Positions 55,601-64,000 of a DNA stretch of 64,000 nt are shown piece after piece. A program made the position numbers and the translations under genes. The notes under the pieces are model-generated. The model saw nothing but the letters and a program-made list of their open reading frames with translations, made no database searches and was not told the origin of the DNA. Origin of the DNA: Gammaproteobacteria bacterium UBA6940 (GTDB taxonomy: Bacteria > Pseudomonadota > Gammaproteobacteria > Pseudomonadales > UBA6940). The first letter of the stretch is position 1; every line of letters starts with the position of its first letter. The DNA lies in the NCBI GenBank assembly GCA_002450655.1, contig DJZY01000058.1, forward strand, positions 23,613 to 87,612, in the 5' to 3' direction.

Positions 55601-58600
55601 AATTGACCGCCATTTTTAATGCCCTGAGTAATACCATCAAGATCATCTAAAAGCTCATAAGCTTCCTCAATAAAGATTTCAACAATCTCATGATCGTTTG
55701 CCTCAAGGTATGCTCTTAAAGCATCGTGAGACAACTTTGGTACTTTAATTTGATCAAGTAGACCTGAAAATGTTTCTGGTTCTAGAGCAGGTTCTGGCTC
55801 TGTCTCTAGAACCTGATCAGCACCCTGCTCGACTTCTAAATGAATTTCTTCTTCATCAAGCAAAGGCTCAACTTCTTTAACCTCAGGCAACTCATATGGC
55901 GTTTCCTTTGCCTCTTCTGGCACATAGGCAATAGGAAGTGTTGCTTTAAGGTCACGAATAACCTGCTCTTCAATATCTGACAGCGGTTCTATATTGGGCA
56001 GTTTATTTAAGCGATCCCTGAAGAGGTTTTGCGTCAAGGTTAAAATTGAAACCCCATGAGGCGTTAAAAGCTGATGAGCATCAAGGAAGCGCTCACAAAT
56101 CAAATCAGCCTCGCATGCTAAAGCAGCAAGAAACTCTTCACTAATAAAGTTCGCCCCACCTTTCATGGTGTGGTAGTCCCGCTGTAATTCCCGTAAGTGA
56201 GTGAGTGAGGACTGTTGCTCTGATAGTTTTTTTAACTGAGCATCGATACTATCTAAGATATCTCGAGTTTCATCTTTAAAAATACCGAGTATCTCTGCTT
56301 GAGCCTCTGGCGATTCATCAATCTCTTCAACTTCAATCTCTTCGACAGGAGCATCTAACTCAATAACTTCAGGCTTTACTACCTGTGCTTGAAGCTCCGC
56401 TTCACGAGCTAACGCAGCTTGCTTTGCTTCCTCAATTTCATGCAAATGATCTTTTAGGCGATCAAGTAACGAATAAGCAAACTCAACAACTGGCTCTGGA
56501 TTAACACTTGTTTGACCAAGCGCAATTTGATCACCAAGACCTAGAATTTTATCTTGAAGGCTCATAACATCATCTTCATATGATGACATTGTGTCTGCTG
56601 GAAGCTGTCTAAAGAGCCCAACGTATTGGATAAAGCAATGCAATAGCTCTGAAAGTTCGGTAAGTCCATGCTTCTGCGCAGCATCAGCAGCTGTTGTGAA
56701 CTTTTTCAAATCCAATATAAATTGATCTTGTTCTTGTTTAAGCCAAGTGCTTTTCATCAAGTAGTCAAATATATTTGAATTATCTTCTAGCCAAGCCTCA
56801 TATGGAGACTCCTCTGGGGCTTCAGTTTCAACAAACTCCTTGAGCTTCGCATTAATAATCTCAAGCTCTTGAGTTAATGGGTCAAGATCAGCTTCTTGTT
56901 CCAGAATCGCTGAAACAAGTTGGCAACAGACATCCAAGCCTTTAAAAAACAAAGTCTGGCGATGCTGCTCACGCTTCATGATCAAACGAATCATTTCTTC
57001 AAACCAAATAAAGGCTTCACCTAGACCTTCATTTTCACTGCATCTAAAAATTGCCTTGAGCGTATGCATTGCTCGCAATAAAGACTCATCTTGCGGCGCT
57101 TGTTCAATGAACTCATGGTTTGTTTTATAGTAATGATGAATCACCAAGTAATGACTATTAATCTCTTGGCGCTGCATATCAGTAAACAGCTCTGGATCCG
57201 TTGAGCTCTCTGCTACTTCAGCCTGATCAATATCAATAGGATCAGCACTGGATTCATCTGACATGTACTCAGGCTCTGATGCCAATGGCTTGCCTGAGTC
57301 ATGAAGCTGCTGTTCAAAAATACTAATAAATCGCGAAGATGCAGACTTAGTATCATCATTTGCAGTTTCAGCTAGAGCTCTCATTTGCTCTACAAAATCT
57401 GTAATATGATGAAGTAGCTGAATACCTGGATAATGATTCTTTTCGATTAAATCATTGAGCAGGTTTTCCAAAGCCAATGCAGGTTCAGAAATTAATGGCA
57501 GCTGCGCCATTCTGCCACTGCCCTTCACTGTATGAACGAGGCGTCTTAGGCTGGATAGGATCTGAATATCAGAAAGGTTTTGCGCAAGGTTCTGCATCAA
57601 TGGCTTAAGTTCTTGCTCAATTTCTTCAAGCTCTTCTCTGAAGATTTCTCGTATTTCATCATCAGCAACATCTGATTCTTCATAAGCCAATGCGGCTTCG
57701 GCTGACGGCGATAATTTTTCTTCCGAATGTTCCACGTGAAACATTGCTGGTTTTTCGATCTCTTCTGAAGGCTGGATATTGTCATCTTCAATCTGGCTTG
57801 CACGCTGCTCATCGGTAATGGAATAAAGCGTAGATAAGCGAACTGAGGCTTGATCAAGGAGCTTTGTCGTCTGAGTTTTGGTGTTAATTCTGAGATATAA
57901 ATACTGATCGAGTGCAGCAATAATATCAGCAAACTCCTCAATATCGTGCCACTCTGGTGCACTTGATCTCAGCAATAAATCATAAGTAATGTATTCATTG
58001 ATTTTTTCAAGCAGCGCCATTGCTTGATTTTCATCAATATAGAGTAAGCGAAACTCAACTTGATTGAGAATTTGCTTGATGTTTTTAATACTATCAATAT
58101 CCCAAGCAGCACTTACACACTCAACAAAAAGAGACTTTACTTTGGCAAGGTCAATAAGAATCTCTCGAAGTAGCGCCTTACGAGCATCAATTAAAATATC
58201 TTCTGCATTTTGAGTTTCAGTATAACCCTGCTTTTGCGATGTCTGCTTAATGCTCATGGCACTTGATTCGACAAATAACAAGGATGTCGCTAAATCAATA
58301 AGCCAATCTTCACTTGGTGGCTTCGATGTCGTAATAATCTTATCAAGCCGTAGTATTTGCTGTTCTAAAGATTGACGTGGAATTTCAAGTTGCTGAATAA
58401 GTGCCATGGAATCAGACAGCTGCTTCAGCTTATTAAGCAGTCCTTGCAGATCTGTGGATTCTGTTTCTTTGGAGCGAGAAAAAATATCCAGTGCGTCTTT
58501 GATGTAACTGATTTCTTCTACAAGCGCATCCCCTAGAGCACCTAGTGTTGCAGCATTAACTGACTTTTTATCCAAAATGCTAGACGAAGGTGAAGGCGCT

Positions 58601-59475
58601 TGCTCTAGCTTATCTTTATGATGCTCAAGCATCATCTGACTTGATTCATTAATGTCATCTAATGCACTTAGAATTTCTAAGCCTTGAATAAATAAGTTCG
58701 TTAAAATACGGCTTTCAACTTCTGTGGACTTTGAAGAAGCGAAGATTTTCAACAGATGCATGAGCTTGCCGAAAAACTCATTTAAAGATGGCGCTGTCTT
58801 GTATTGTTGATTGATAAGGAGTGATTGGCACGCACCAATAATCACACCCCATAAAGGTGATAAGTTTTTCTGCGGAAAGAGCCGCGAAAAGCGCTCAAGT
58901 GACTGAGTCATGTAAGATAGATTTGTGTCTTGCTCTTCACCTTCAGCAAATTTAAGATAGGAGAACTGGAATAACTTTAACAGTTTTACGGACAACGCTT
59001 GTATATTTTTACGGTTATCGACGTTATTAAAGCTTTGGTCTTCAAAGTACTTACGGCTATCAGACACTGAGTCAACAGCAGGCTCATTTCGTATAGCACG
59101 CAGGATATTGAGGGGCGGAATAAGCTCTTGAGCAGTTAAAGCATCATCATGACGAAGCACACCATCAATATAGCGAACAATCAGGGAAATACACTGAATC
59201 ACTTTTGAGATGTATTCATCACTCAGCTCTACACCTGCACTCATGAGGTAGTCTAAAGTCTTTTCCAACTCTTGAGCTAATGTCGAAGGTGGATAGAGTT
59301 CAACTATCTGCAAAGTCCCATAGATCTGATGAAGAGAGTCTTTTGCTGTTTGCAGGAATTCTTGATCATTGTGCTCAAAGTATCCTTCCAGAGCTAATAT
59401 CGCCTGCTCAGCATTTTTCTCTATTTCGTCTCTAATCCATTGTATAGACGCTGGATCAATAGGCTTATCTGACAT
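52651..59475 (-). CDS. chpA: Pil-Chp hybrid histidine kinase (multiple HPt, HATPase, CheW, REC domains)
   Basis: Repeated HTxKG HPt motifs, EHMLRNALDHG, SGRGVGMDVV, LLDIEMPRMDG; start taken at ATG 59475. Confidence 0.95.
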   Translation of the reverse strand: MSDKPIDPASIQWIRDEIEKNAEQAILALEGYFEHNDQEFLQTAKDSLHQIYGTLQIVELYPPSTLAQELEKTLDYLMSAGVELSDEYISKVIQCISLIVRYIDGVLRHDDALTAQELIPPLNILRAIRNEPAVDSVSDSRKYFEDQSFNNVDNRKNIQALSVKLLKLFQFSYLKFAEGEEQDTNLSYMTQSLERFSRLFPQKNLSPLWGVIIGACQSLLINQQYKTAPSLNEFFGKLMHLLKIFASSKSTEVESRILTNLFIQGLEILSALDDINESSQMMLEHHKDKLEQAPSPSSSILDKKSVNAATLGALGDALVEEISYIKDALDIFSRSKETESTDLQGLLNKLKQLSDSMALIQQLEIPRQSLEQQILRLDKIITTSKPPSEDWLIDLATSLLFVESSAMSIKQTSQKQGYTETQNAEDILIDARKALLREILIDLAKVKSLFVECVSAAWDIDSIKNIKQILNQVEFRLLYIDENQAMALLEKINEYITYDLLLRSSAPEWHDIEEFADIIAALDQYLYLRINTKTQTTKLLDQASVRLSTLYSITDEQRASQIEDDNIQPSEEIEKPAMFHVEHSEEKLSPSAEAALAYEESDVADDEIREIFREELEEIEQELKPLMQNLAQNLSDIQILSSLRRLVHTVKGSGRMAQLPLISEPALALENLLNDLIEKNHYPGIQLLHHITDFVEQMRALAETANDDTKSASSRFISIFEQQLHDSGKPLASEPEYMSDESSADPIDIDQAEVAESSTDPELFTDMQRQEINSHYLVIHHYYKTNHEFIEQAPQDESLLRAMHTLKAIFRCSENEGLGEAFIWFEEMIRLIMKREQHRQTLFFKGLDVCCQLVSAILEQEADLDPLTQELEIINAKLKEFVETEAPEESPYEAWLEDNSNIFDYLMKSTWLKQEQDQFILDLKKFTTAADAAQKHGLTELSELLHCFIQYVGLFRQLPADTMSSYEDDVMSLQDKILGLGDQIALGQTSVNPEPVVEFAYSLLDRLKDHLHEIEEAKQAALAREAELQAQVVKPEVIELDAPVEEIEVEEIDESPEAQAEILGIFKDETRDILDSIDAQLKKLSEQQSSLTHLRELQRDYHTMKGGANFISEEFLAALACEADLICERFLDAHQLLTPHGVSILTLTQNLFRDRLNKLPNIEPLSDIEEQVIRDLKATLPIAYVPEEAKETPYELPEVKEVEPLLDEEEIHLEVEQGADQVLETEPEPALEPETFSGLLDQIKVPKLSHDALRAYLEANDHEIVEIFIEEAYELLDDLDGITQGIKNGGQFDEPIEEIHLQSLRIAHTLKGGSRLAGLGAIGDAAQALEKHIEHIPKDSIVNVGPELEVFAADTRQFIDDVNQWLTQGEPADTTDDHHQVVEPNTDPTEDDDIIKVVATPNRPIADFVEEETSPSALQDEDPINFDVGEQPAEESDTDSVEAAIRLQSELNSSPEPTEESVALTVAEVRPESEMIAIKDDEVASSEKKEALQSEHNPNALSPETSSDDSLDDYDQEILEIFYEESKELVEELEKCVGSIEDDSIDESRMDLLKRILHTIKGSARLAGFAAFGNQAHLFESHLETLKTPTSTEETRKVIALNDDLFRSLQDILERIQNHLTPDEPTSQLPQESMSQPAEVQQFKKARDAQKQAKRRKNTEVVRIGAELLERLENLAGETVIARSSVEQELLGFNRIFYDFGTTLDRIHDNIRSFENETENRMISASYIRQMQLHGGQGSDEGQDFDTLEMDRFSSFHQLARSLSEAASDLIDMRDTMMDKVRTTEGLVMQQSRVQKELHEGLMLSRMVPFSRLAPRLTRMVRQVAEELGKQAELEIINAEGQMDRSVLERMIPPLEHMLRNALDHGIEMPDIRQQQGKPVVGKITLHLFREGNEIVLRLSDDGAGIDVNKVKEKAINNGLLAPDSPLSEKEILQFIFKPGFSTASKVTQISGRGVGMDVVFSEIKQLNGSLKLHAAPQVGTQFTIRLPFTVSMSRALMVRVGDETYAIPLTYIEGVVRVSPYELSAIYDSERNTFSYAGKEYEVNYLGDYLQSKRADSQVTGSVPLLLARSTERAIAIQVDTLVGSKEIIMKNPGSQLSQVVGLSGATIMGDGSVVLILDLNALIRDDMANTRKKSITYDNDGNQSTDASTNPMIMVVDDSVTVRKVTSRLLERHGMDVLTAKDGIDAVTQLRDKKPDLILLDIEMPRMDGFEVASHIRHDPRLLDTPIIMISSRTGEKHRQRAEALGVNAFLGKPYQEVDLIDHINDYLSIKK
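57728..57743. promoter_or_regulatory. parS centromere-like site inside chpA
   Basis: TGTTCCACGTGAAACA matches the parS consensus TGTTNCACGTGAAACA; parAB is in the same window. Confidence 0.85.
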
Positions 59476-59490
59476 GCTTAGATCCAAATA

Positions 59491-61530
59491 TTAATTTTCA
59501 GGAAGCTTAAAACCAGCTACAGTTTTACGCATTTCAACAGCAAGACTTGCAAGGTTACCGATGGACTTCGCTGTCGCAATAGTACCGCTTGATGTTTGCG
59601 ATGTAATTTCCTGAATAACGTTCATTGTGTTAGAAATATGACCAGCAGAAGCCGACTGTTGACGTGCTGCATTGGAAATATTCTGAATTAAATCTGCAAG
59701 GTTTCTTGATACGTTCTCAATCTCTTCAAGAGCAATACCAGCATCTTGAGCAAGACGTGTTCCACGAACAACCTCTGCTGTTGTATGCTCCATTGAAGTC
59801 ACAGCTTCATTTGTATCTGTTTGGATTGTTCTTACAATAGCTTCAATCTGTTTTGTTGCAGCGGAAGATCTTTCAGCGAGACGCTGAACCTCATCCGCAA
59901 CAACCGCGAAACCTCGACCTGCATCACCAGCCATGGAAGCCTGGATTGCAGCATTCAATGCAAGAATGTTTGTTTGATCTGCGATGTCAGTAATCAGGGA
60001 AACGATATCACCGATTTCCTGTGAAGATTCACCAAGACGTTTAATTCTTTTTGCAGTTTCTTGGATCTGCTCACGAATCGTATCCATGCCTTTTGTTGTG
60101 TTATGTACAACTTGCGATCCTTTATTTGCAATCGTTACCGATCTCTCCGCAACAAGCGTCGATTCAGAAGCGTTAGCTGATACTTGGTCAATCGAGGCGG
60201 CCATTTCAGTGATCGCAGCAGATGCACCAGAAATTTCTTGCGCTTGATGCTCAGAGGCTTCAGCCAACTGCATTGCAGTGGCTTGAGTTTCTTGTGCAGC
60301 ACCAGATACTTTTACAGCTGTATCGTTAATCGTGGATACTAGGCTTCTCAGCTGTTCGATAGTAAAGTTAATCGAGTCACAAATTGCGCCTGTAAATTCA
60401 CCGGTTACTGTGGTTTGGATTGTAAGGTCACCATCAGCAAGTGCGGAAAGTTCATCAAGGAGTCGAAGAATAGCTTCTTGGTTTCTTCTATTGGTTTCTT
60501 CTTGTTCACGACGAACACGTTCTTCAGAAACAAGTCGTGCTTTTGCTTGACGAGAAGAATCAAACGACATTAAAAACATAAATACAACAGCAAGAAGTGA
60601 TGAAATAGCACCACCCACTACAAAACTAAATGGACCAGATTTCTCTTCATCAATTTTATTTGTTAACTCACTAATGCTAGTTAAGAAAGTATTTGAGTTT
60701 TGAGCAATATTTGCTGCAGCAGTTTTAACACCGGCATAAGCTTCATATTGATTAAGAACAAGATCATCTCTGTCTTTAATAGATTTGAATTCATCTTTGA
60801 GGCTTTGAAGCTCTTGTCTGTTTTGAGCGCGAACAACAGCATTAGATTCAAGGGCATTCAAGTTATCAGCAAATGATTTCACATTTGAGTAGAAATTTTT
60901 AGCTTCGTCTTTATTTCCAGTTTCACCTTTTAAGATGCTATCGATACCACGTAGAATTTTTTCAGCTAATGTTTCAAGTTCTTGTGCATCTCTTACCTCG
61001 CGAGTTGAGGCATTTGTTCTCACAAGGGTATCAACAATACGGTTAATATCATTACTCATAGTTGGAATTTTACGTTCGATAAGACTCGCAACTTCATTTA
61101 AATCATTAACAGCTTTTTGTTGCTGCAAAATCACATCAACATTACGGCGCACGGAACTCCAGACATTTTCAACAGCGTTAATTTCTTTCGCTGCATCATT
61201 GATAAAGCTCTGCCCCATCAAGAATGTATTGATTTCAGCTTTAGATACTTTTTGCCAAATATTGGAGAACTGTCCTTTTGTATCATTTAAAGAGCTATAG
61301 CCATATTGATTCCCATCAGCAGCTTCTTCAGCATTACTTGCTATTTGCTGAGATAAAAGTTGCAGCGAAGCGCCATGCTCAAGGAATGTTTTAGCAACAT
61401 CAGACCTTAGGCTTGAGAGTATAAAAAGGATCAAGGCCACGACAATGAAGAAAATCATCGCAATAACGTACATCAAGTTCAAACTTGATCTTGGCGATAT
61501 TTTCGCATTTTTTTTCTGACTTGTTGCCAT
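59491..61530 (-). CDS. pilJ: Methyl-accepting chemotaxis protein PilJ
   Basis: Two TM segments, [49 protein letters not shown]. Confidence 0.95.
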   Translation of the reverse strand: MATSQKKNAKISPRSSLNLMYVIAMIFFIVVALILFILSSLRSDVAKTFLEHGASLQLLSQQIASNAEEAADGNQYGYSSLNDTKGQFSNIWQKVSKAEINTFLMGQSFINDAAKEINAVENVWSSVRRNVDVILQQQKAVNDLNEVASLIERKIPTMSNDINRIVDTLVRTNASTREVRDAQELETLAEKILRGIDSILKGETGNKDEAKNFYSNVKSFADNLNALESNAVVRAQNRQELQSLKDEFKSIKDRDDLVLNQYEAYAGVKTAAANIAQNSNTFLTSISELTNKIDEEKSGPFSFVVGGAISSLLAVVFMFLMSFDSSRQAKARLVSEERVRREQEETNRRNQEAILRLLDELSALADGDLTIQTTVTGEFTGAICDSINFTIEQLRSLVSTINDTAVKVSGAAQETQATAMQLAEASEHQAQEISGASAAITEMAASIDQVSANASESTLVAERSVTIANKGSQVVHNTTKGMDTIREQIQETAKRIKRLGESSQEIGDIVSLITDIADQTNILALNAAIQASMAGDAGRGFAVVADEVQRLAERSSAATKQIEAIVRTIQTDTNEAVTSMEHTTAEVVRGTRLAQDAGIALEEIENVSRNLADLIQNISNAARQQSASAGHISNTMNVIQEITSQTSSGTIATAKSIGNLASLAVEMRKTVAGFKLPEN

Positions 61531-61644
61531 TTTTAGTCTCCTAAGCGCTTTGCTTCACCTTGTTAGATTCAACTTTATGTAGAGATAAACCTAACTCTCA
61601 CAAGGCAAGTCATTGACCCTGTGATGTACCAATCGTACAAGGCA

Positions 61645-62199
61645 CTACATTGATAAATTCTCTAATCGTTCATCGGCTAAAAGCGTGCCTAAATCAAATA
61701 CGGGCCACCTTTCTTCTTCCAATGTGTCCTGTGGAACACGTGTATAAGTCCCACTTAAGAATGGTTTATAAACTTCATCGATATGGTTTTCGATAGAACC
61801 TTTAAAGCCATCTAAGGGGAAATGCTGCATCCCCAAAATATCGTCAACCACTAAACCTGTATAAGATTCACCATACTCAATGACAAGTAATCGACGTAGA
61901 CGGGTTACTCGCGACGATCCTTTTTGAAAAAAATGATTCAAATCTACAACTGGAATAATCGACCCTCTTACATTAGCAACACCGCGAACAAAACTTTTTG
62001 TGCGTGGAATCTTAGTGCAAGTTGGGAGATTAATAATTTCAGAAATATCATCCATTGAAACAAGAAACGTATCAGCACCTAAACTAAAACCGATACCAGT
62101 CCATTGTTGCTGTAATGGGGCAAGAGTTGGCGCAGAAAGCGCGCAGGCACGACTCCTCACTGAATAGTGAGTAAGCAAATCGAATGGTGTTTCAGGCAT
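61645..62199 (-). CDS. pilI: CheW-like PilI
   Basis: WTGIGF, GVANVRG, GLVVDDILGMQHF; start moved to ATG 62199. Confidence 0.92.
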   Translation of the reverse strand: MPETPFDLLTHYSVRSRACALSAPTLAPLQQQWTGIGFSLGADTFLVSMDDISEIINLPTCTKIPRTKSFVRGVANVRGSIIPVVDLNHFFQKGSSRVTRLRRLLVIEYGESYTGLVVDDILGMQHFPLDGFKGSIENHIDEVYKPFLSGTYTRVPQDTLEEERWPVFDLGTLLADERLENLSM

Positions 62200-62323
62200 A
62201 TTCCTTTCATTCATTCCGTTGAATTTTGTCCTTATTACTCTTGTGCCCTGCTTAGGCATGAAACTTCATTTCATTCAGTTGCAGGCCTAATTCCCTATCA
62301 ATTGATTAGGGCTCTTTATTTAT

Positions 62324-62710
62324 TTAAGAATCTTTTTTCAAATCAAGCAATTCTGAAATTGTTGAAAGTAGTAAATCTTCGTCAACTGGCTTGGTCAAGT
62401 ACCCTTTAGCACCTTGACGCTGAGCCCAAACACGGTCGGTTGTTTGGTCTTTCGTTGTCACCATAATAATTGGGATGTGTTGTGTTGCTTCTTGGCTAGT
62501 AATTTTACGAGTTGCCTGAAAACCATTCATGCCCCCCATCACAACATCCATCAAAATAATATCTGGCTTTAAACGTGCAGCAACTTCTATGCCTTCTTCA
62601 CCAGTATTAACAGCAGTTGTGACAAAGTCATTGGCATGCAGAATAGATTCAAAACGAACCACCTCTGCCGGTGAGTCATCAATAATTAATACGTGTAGCG
62701 ATTTAGACAT
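62324..62710 (-). CDS. pilH: Response regulator PilH
   Basis: MDVVM..NGFQATR, TTKDQTTDRVW..RQGA. Confidence 0.95.
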   Translation of the reverse strand: MSKSLHVLIIDDSPAEVVRFESILHANDFVTTAVNTGEEGIEVAARLKPDIILMDVVMGGMNGFQATRKITSQEATQHIPIIMVTTKDQTTDRVWAQRQGAKGYLTKPVDEDLLLSTISELLDLKKDS

Positions 62711-62714
62711 CAGA

Positions 62715-63116
62715 TTAACTCTCTGCTCCTACATTACCAAGTTGTGCTTCAATAGCACCTAAAAGCTCGTCTTTAGAAAAAGGTTTTGTAAGATATTGGT
62801 CTGAGCCAACAATACGACCTTTCGCTTTGTCAAAAAGACCATCTTTACTCGACAGCATGATCACAGGGGTTGAACTAAAGTGGGAGTTGTTTTTAATAAG
62901 AGCACAGGTTTGATAGCCATCAAGTCGTGGCATCATAATATCCACGAAAATAATATCAGGTCTGGAGTCTGCAATTTTTGCGAGGGCATCAAAGCCATCT
63001 ATTGCAGTTATAACAACACATCCGACTTTTGACAGGAGTGTTTCGGCGGTTCGACGAATAGTCTTACTATCGTCAATCACCATAACTTTAAGATTTTCAA
63101 ACTTCTGGTTTTCCAT
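62715..63116 (-). CDS. pilG: Response regulator PilG
   Basis: KVMVIDDSKTIRRTAETLL, SSKDGLFDKAKGRIVGS. Confidence 0.97.
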   Translation of the reverse strand: MENQKFENLKVMVIDDSKTIRRTAETLLSKVGCVVITAIDGFDALAKIADSRPDIIFVDIMMPRLDGYQTCALIKNNSHFSSTPVIMLSSKDGLFDKAKGRIVGSDQYLTKPFSKDELLGAIEAQLGNVGAES

Positions 63117-63581
63117 TGAGTTTACCTTCTAGTACACAATACCTTGTCAAAAAAGCAATTTGCTTCAAGCAGAATTGAAAGACGAAATCCTTCATACTTT
63201 TTGCAGCCTATTTCTTTTTTGAATGCCGTTAGCAGCAAAAGTCAGCTATGGCCATTTCCTGACCACGTTACAGAAAGTATAGACAGGATCAAGGTCCAAA
63301 TAATCGTAAAACTACTGTATTTTGACAAAAAATGTAATTAAAAATCAGGGCGTTTCAGGCACAATAGTTATACTTCCTAATTTATTTTGTCCTTTTTGAA
63401 CAGAACACCTTTTGCCTGTAATTTGTGGAACTGAATAAAAGATCAAAATGGACACTTTATTTTTTAATGGACAAGCTTACCTATTTTCGAATACAACAGA
63501 TAAAGAAAATCCTTAAGGTGCTTAAGCAGAAGTTCTAAAACTCTTTCTTCTAAGAAAGCACATCTCAACATGGAGCAGAAT

Positions 63582-64000
63582 ATGAGTAAAACCGTTTACT
63601 TTGTCATGGACCCCGTCGAAAAAATAAATCGTAAAAAAGACACAACGCTTGCATTTATGTATGAAGCCTTCAAACGAGGCTACAAGGTCTTTACAACTGA
63701 ACCAAGACACCTTTGGATAAAAAGAGACTTAAACCAAAAAGCAGAAGTGCATGCTTTATGCCAGGAAATAAACTTCCAAAATGATATCGAAAATTTTGAA
63801 TTGAGTAAACAAAATCAACAATCTATGCACGATGGGCAGTTTGTTTTTATGCGACAAGATCCACCTGTGACCATTGAATACATCACGTCTACATTCATTT
63901 TAGATATTCTAGAGAACGAAGGCATTATGGTGATAAATCATCCAAGCCAAGTTCGTGGTGCCAATGAAAAGCTCACAGCAATGCAATTTCCAAGCTGCGC
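63582..64000 (+). CDS. gshB: Glutathione synthetase, 5' part (runs off the window)
   Basis: Not in the ORF track. Manual translation gives MSKTVYFVMDPVEKINRKKDTTLAFM...FMRQDPP...NEKL; divergent from pilG as in Pseudomonas. Confidence 0.93.
   Translation, partial: MSKTVYFVMDPVEKINRKKDTTLAFMYEAFKRGYKVFTTEPRHLWIKRDLNQKAEVHALCQEINFQNDIENFELSKQNQQSMHDGQFVFMRQDPPVTIEYITSTFILDILENEGIMVINHPSQVRGANEKLTAMQFPSC

Overview
Origin-proximal chromosomal segment of a gammaproteobacterium whose gene order resembles Pseudomonadales/Oceanospirillales. Most of it is housekeeping: glmS-glmU, the full atp operon, parB-parA-rsmG-mnmG, rsmD with an M16 peptidase pair, hemCDXY, nhaA, cysZ, rho-trxA, ppx, fimX/fimW, epmB/efp, psd, rhodanese, rimK, algH, the Pil-Chp chemosensory cluster and a partial gshB. 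Four things stand out. (1) An orphan 388-aa ORF (50278-51444) has a disordered Ser/Thr/Pro-rich N-terminus, a ubiquitin-binding MIU-like motif and an OTU-like Cys/His/Asn arrangement, making it a candidate secreted deubiquitinase effector; two more small Ser-rich orphans lie elsewhere in the window. (2) A strongly divergent pheS-pheT pair (FPF loop replaced by YPY, PheT lacking the B2 domain) sits out of its usual context, directly upstream of mnmG. (3) An SNF2 helicase gene, missed by the ORF track, starts just downstream of glmS (the attTn7 hotspot) and probably begins a defence island. (4) A consensus parS site lies inside chpA, and at least six perfect DnaA boxes are scattered through the window. 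No rRNA, tRNA, CRISPR array or transposase was recognised. All calls come from reading the sequence by eye; no database searches were run.
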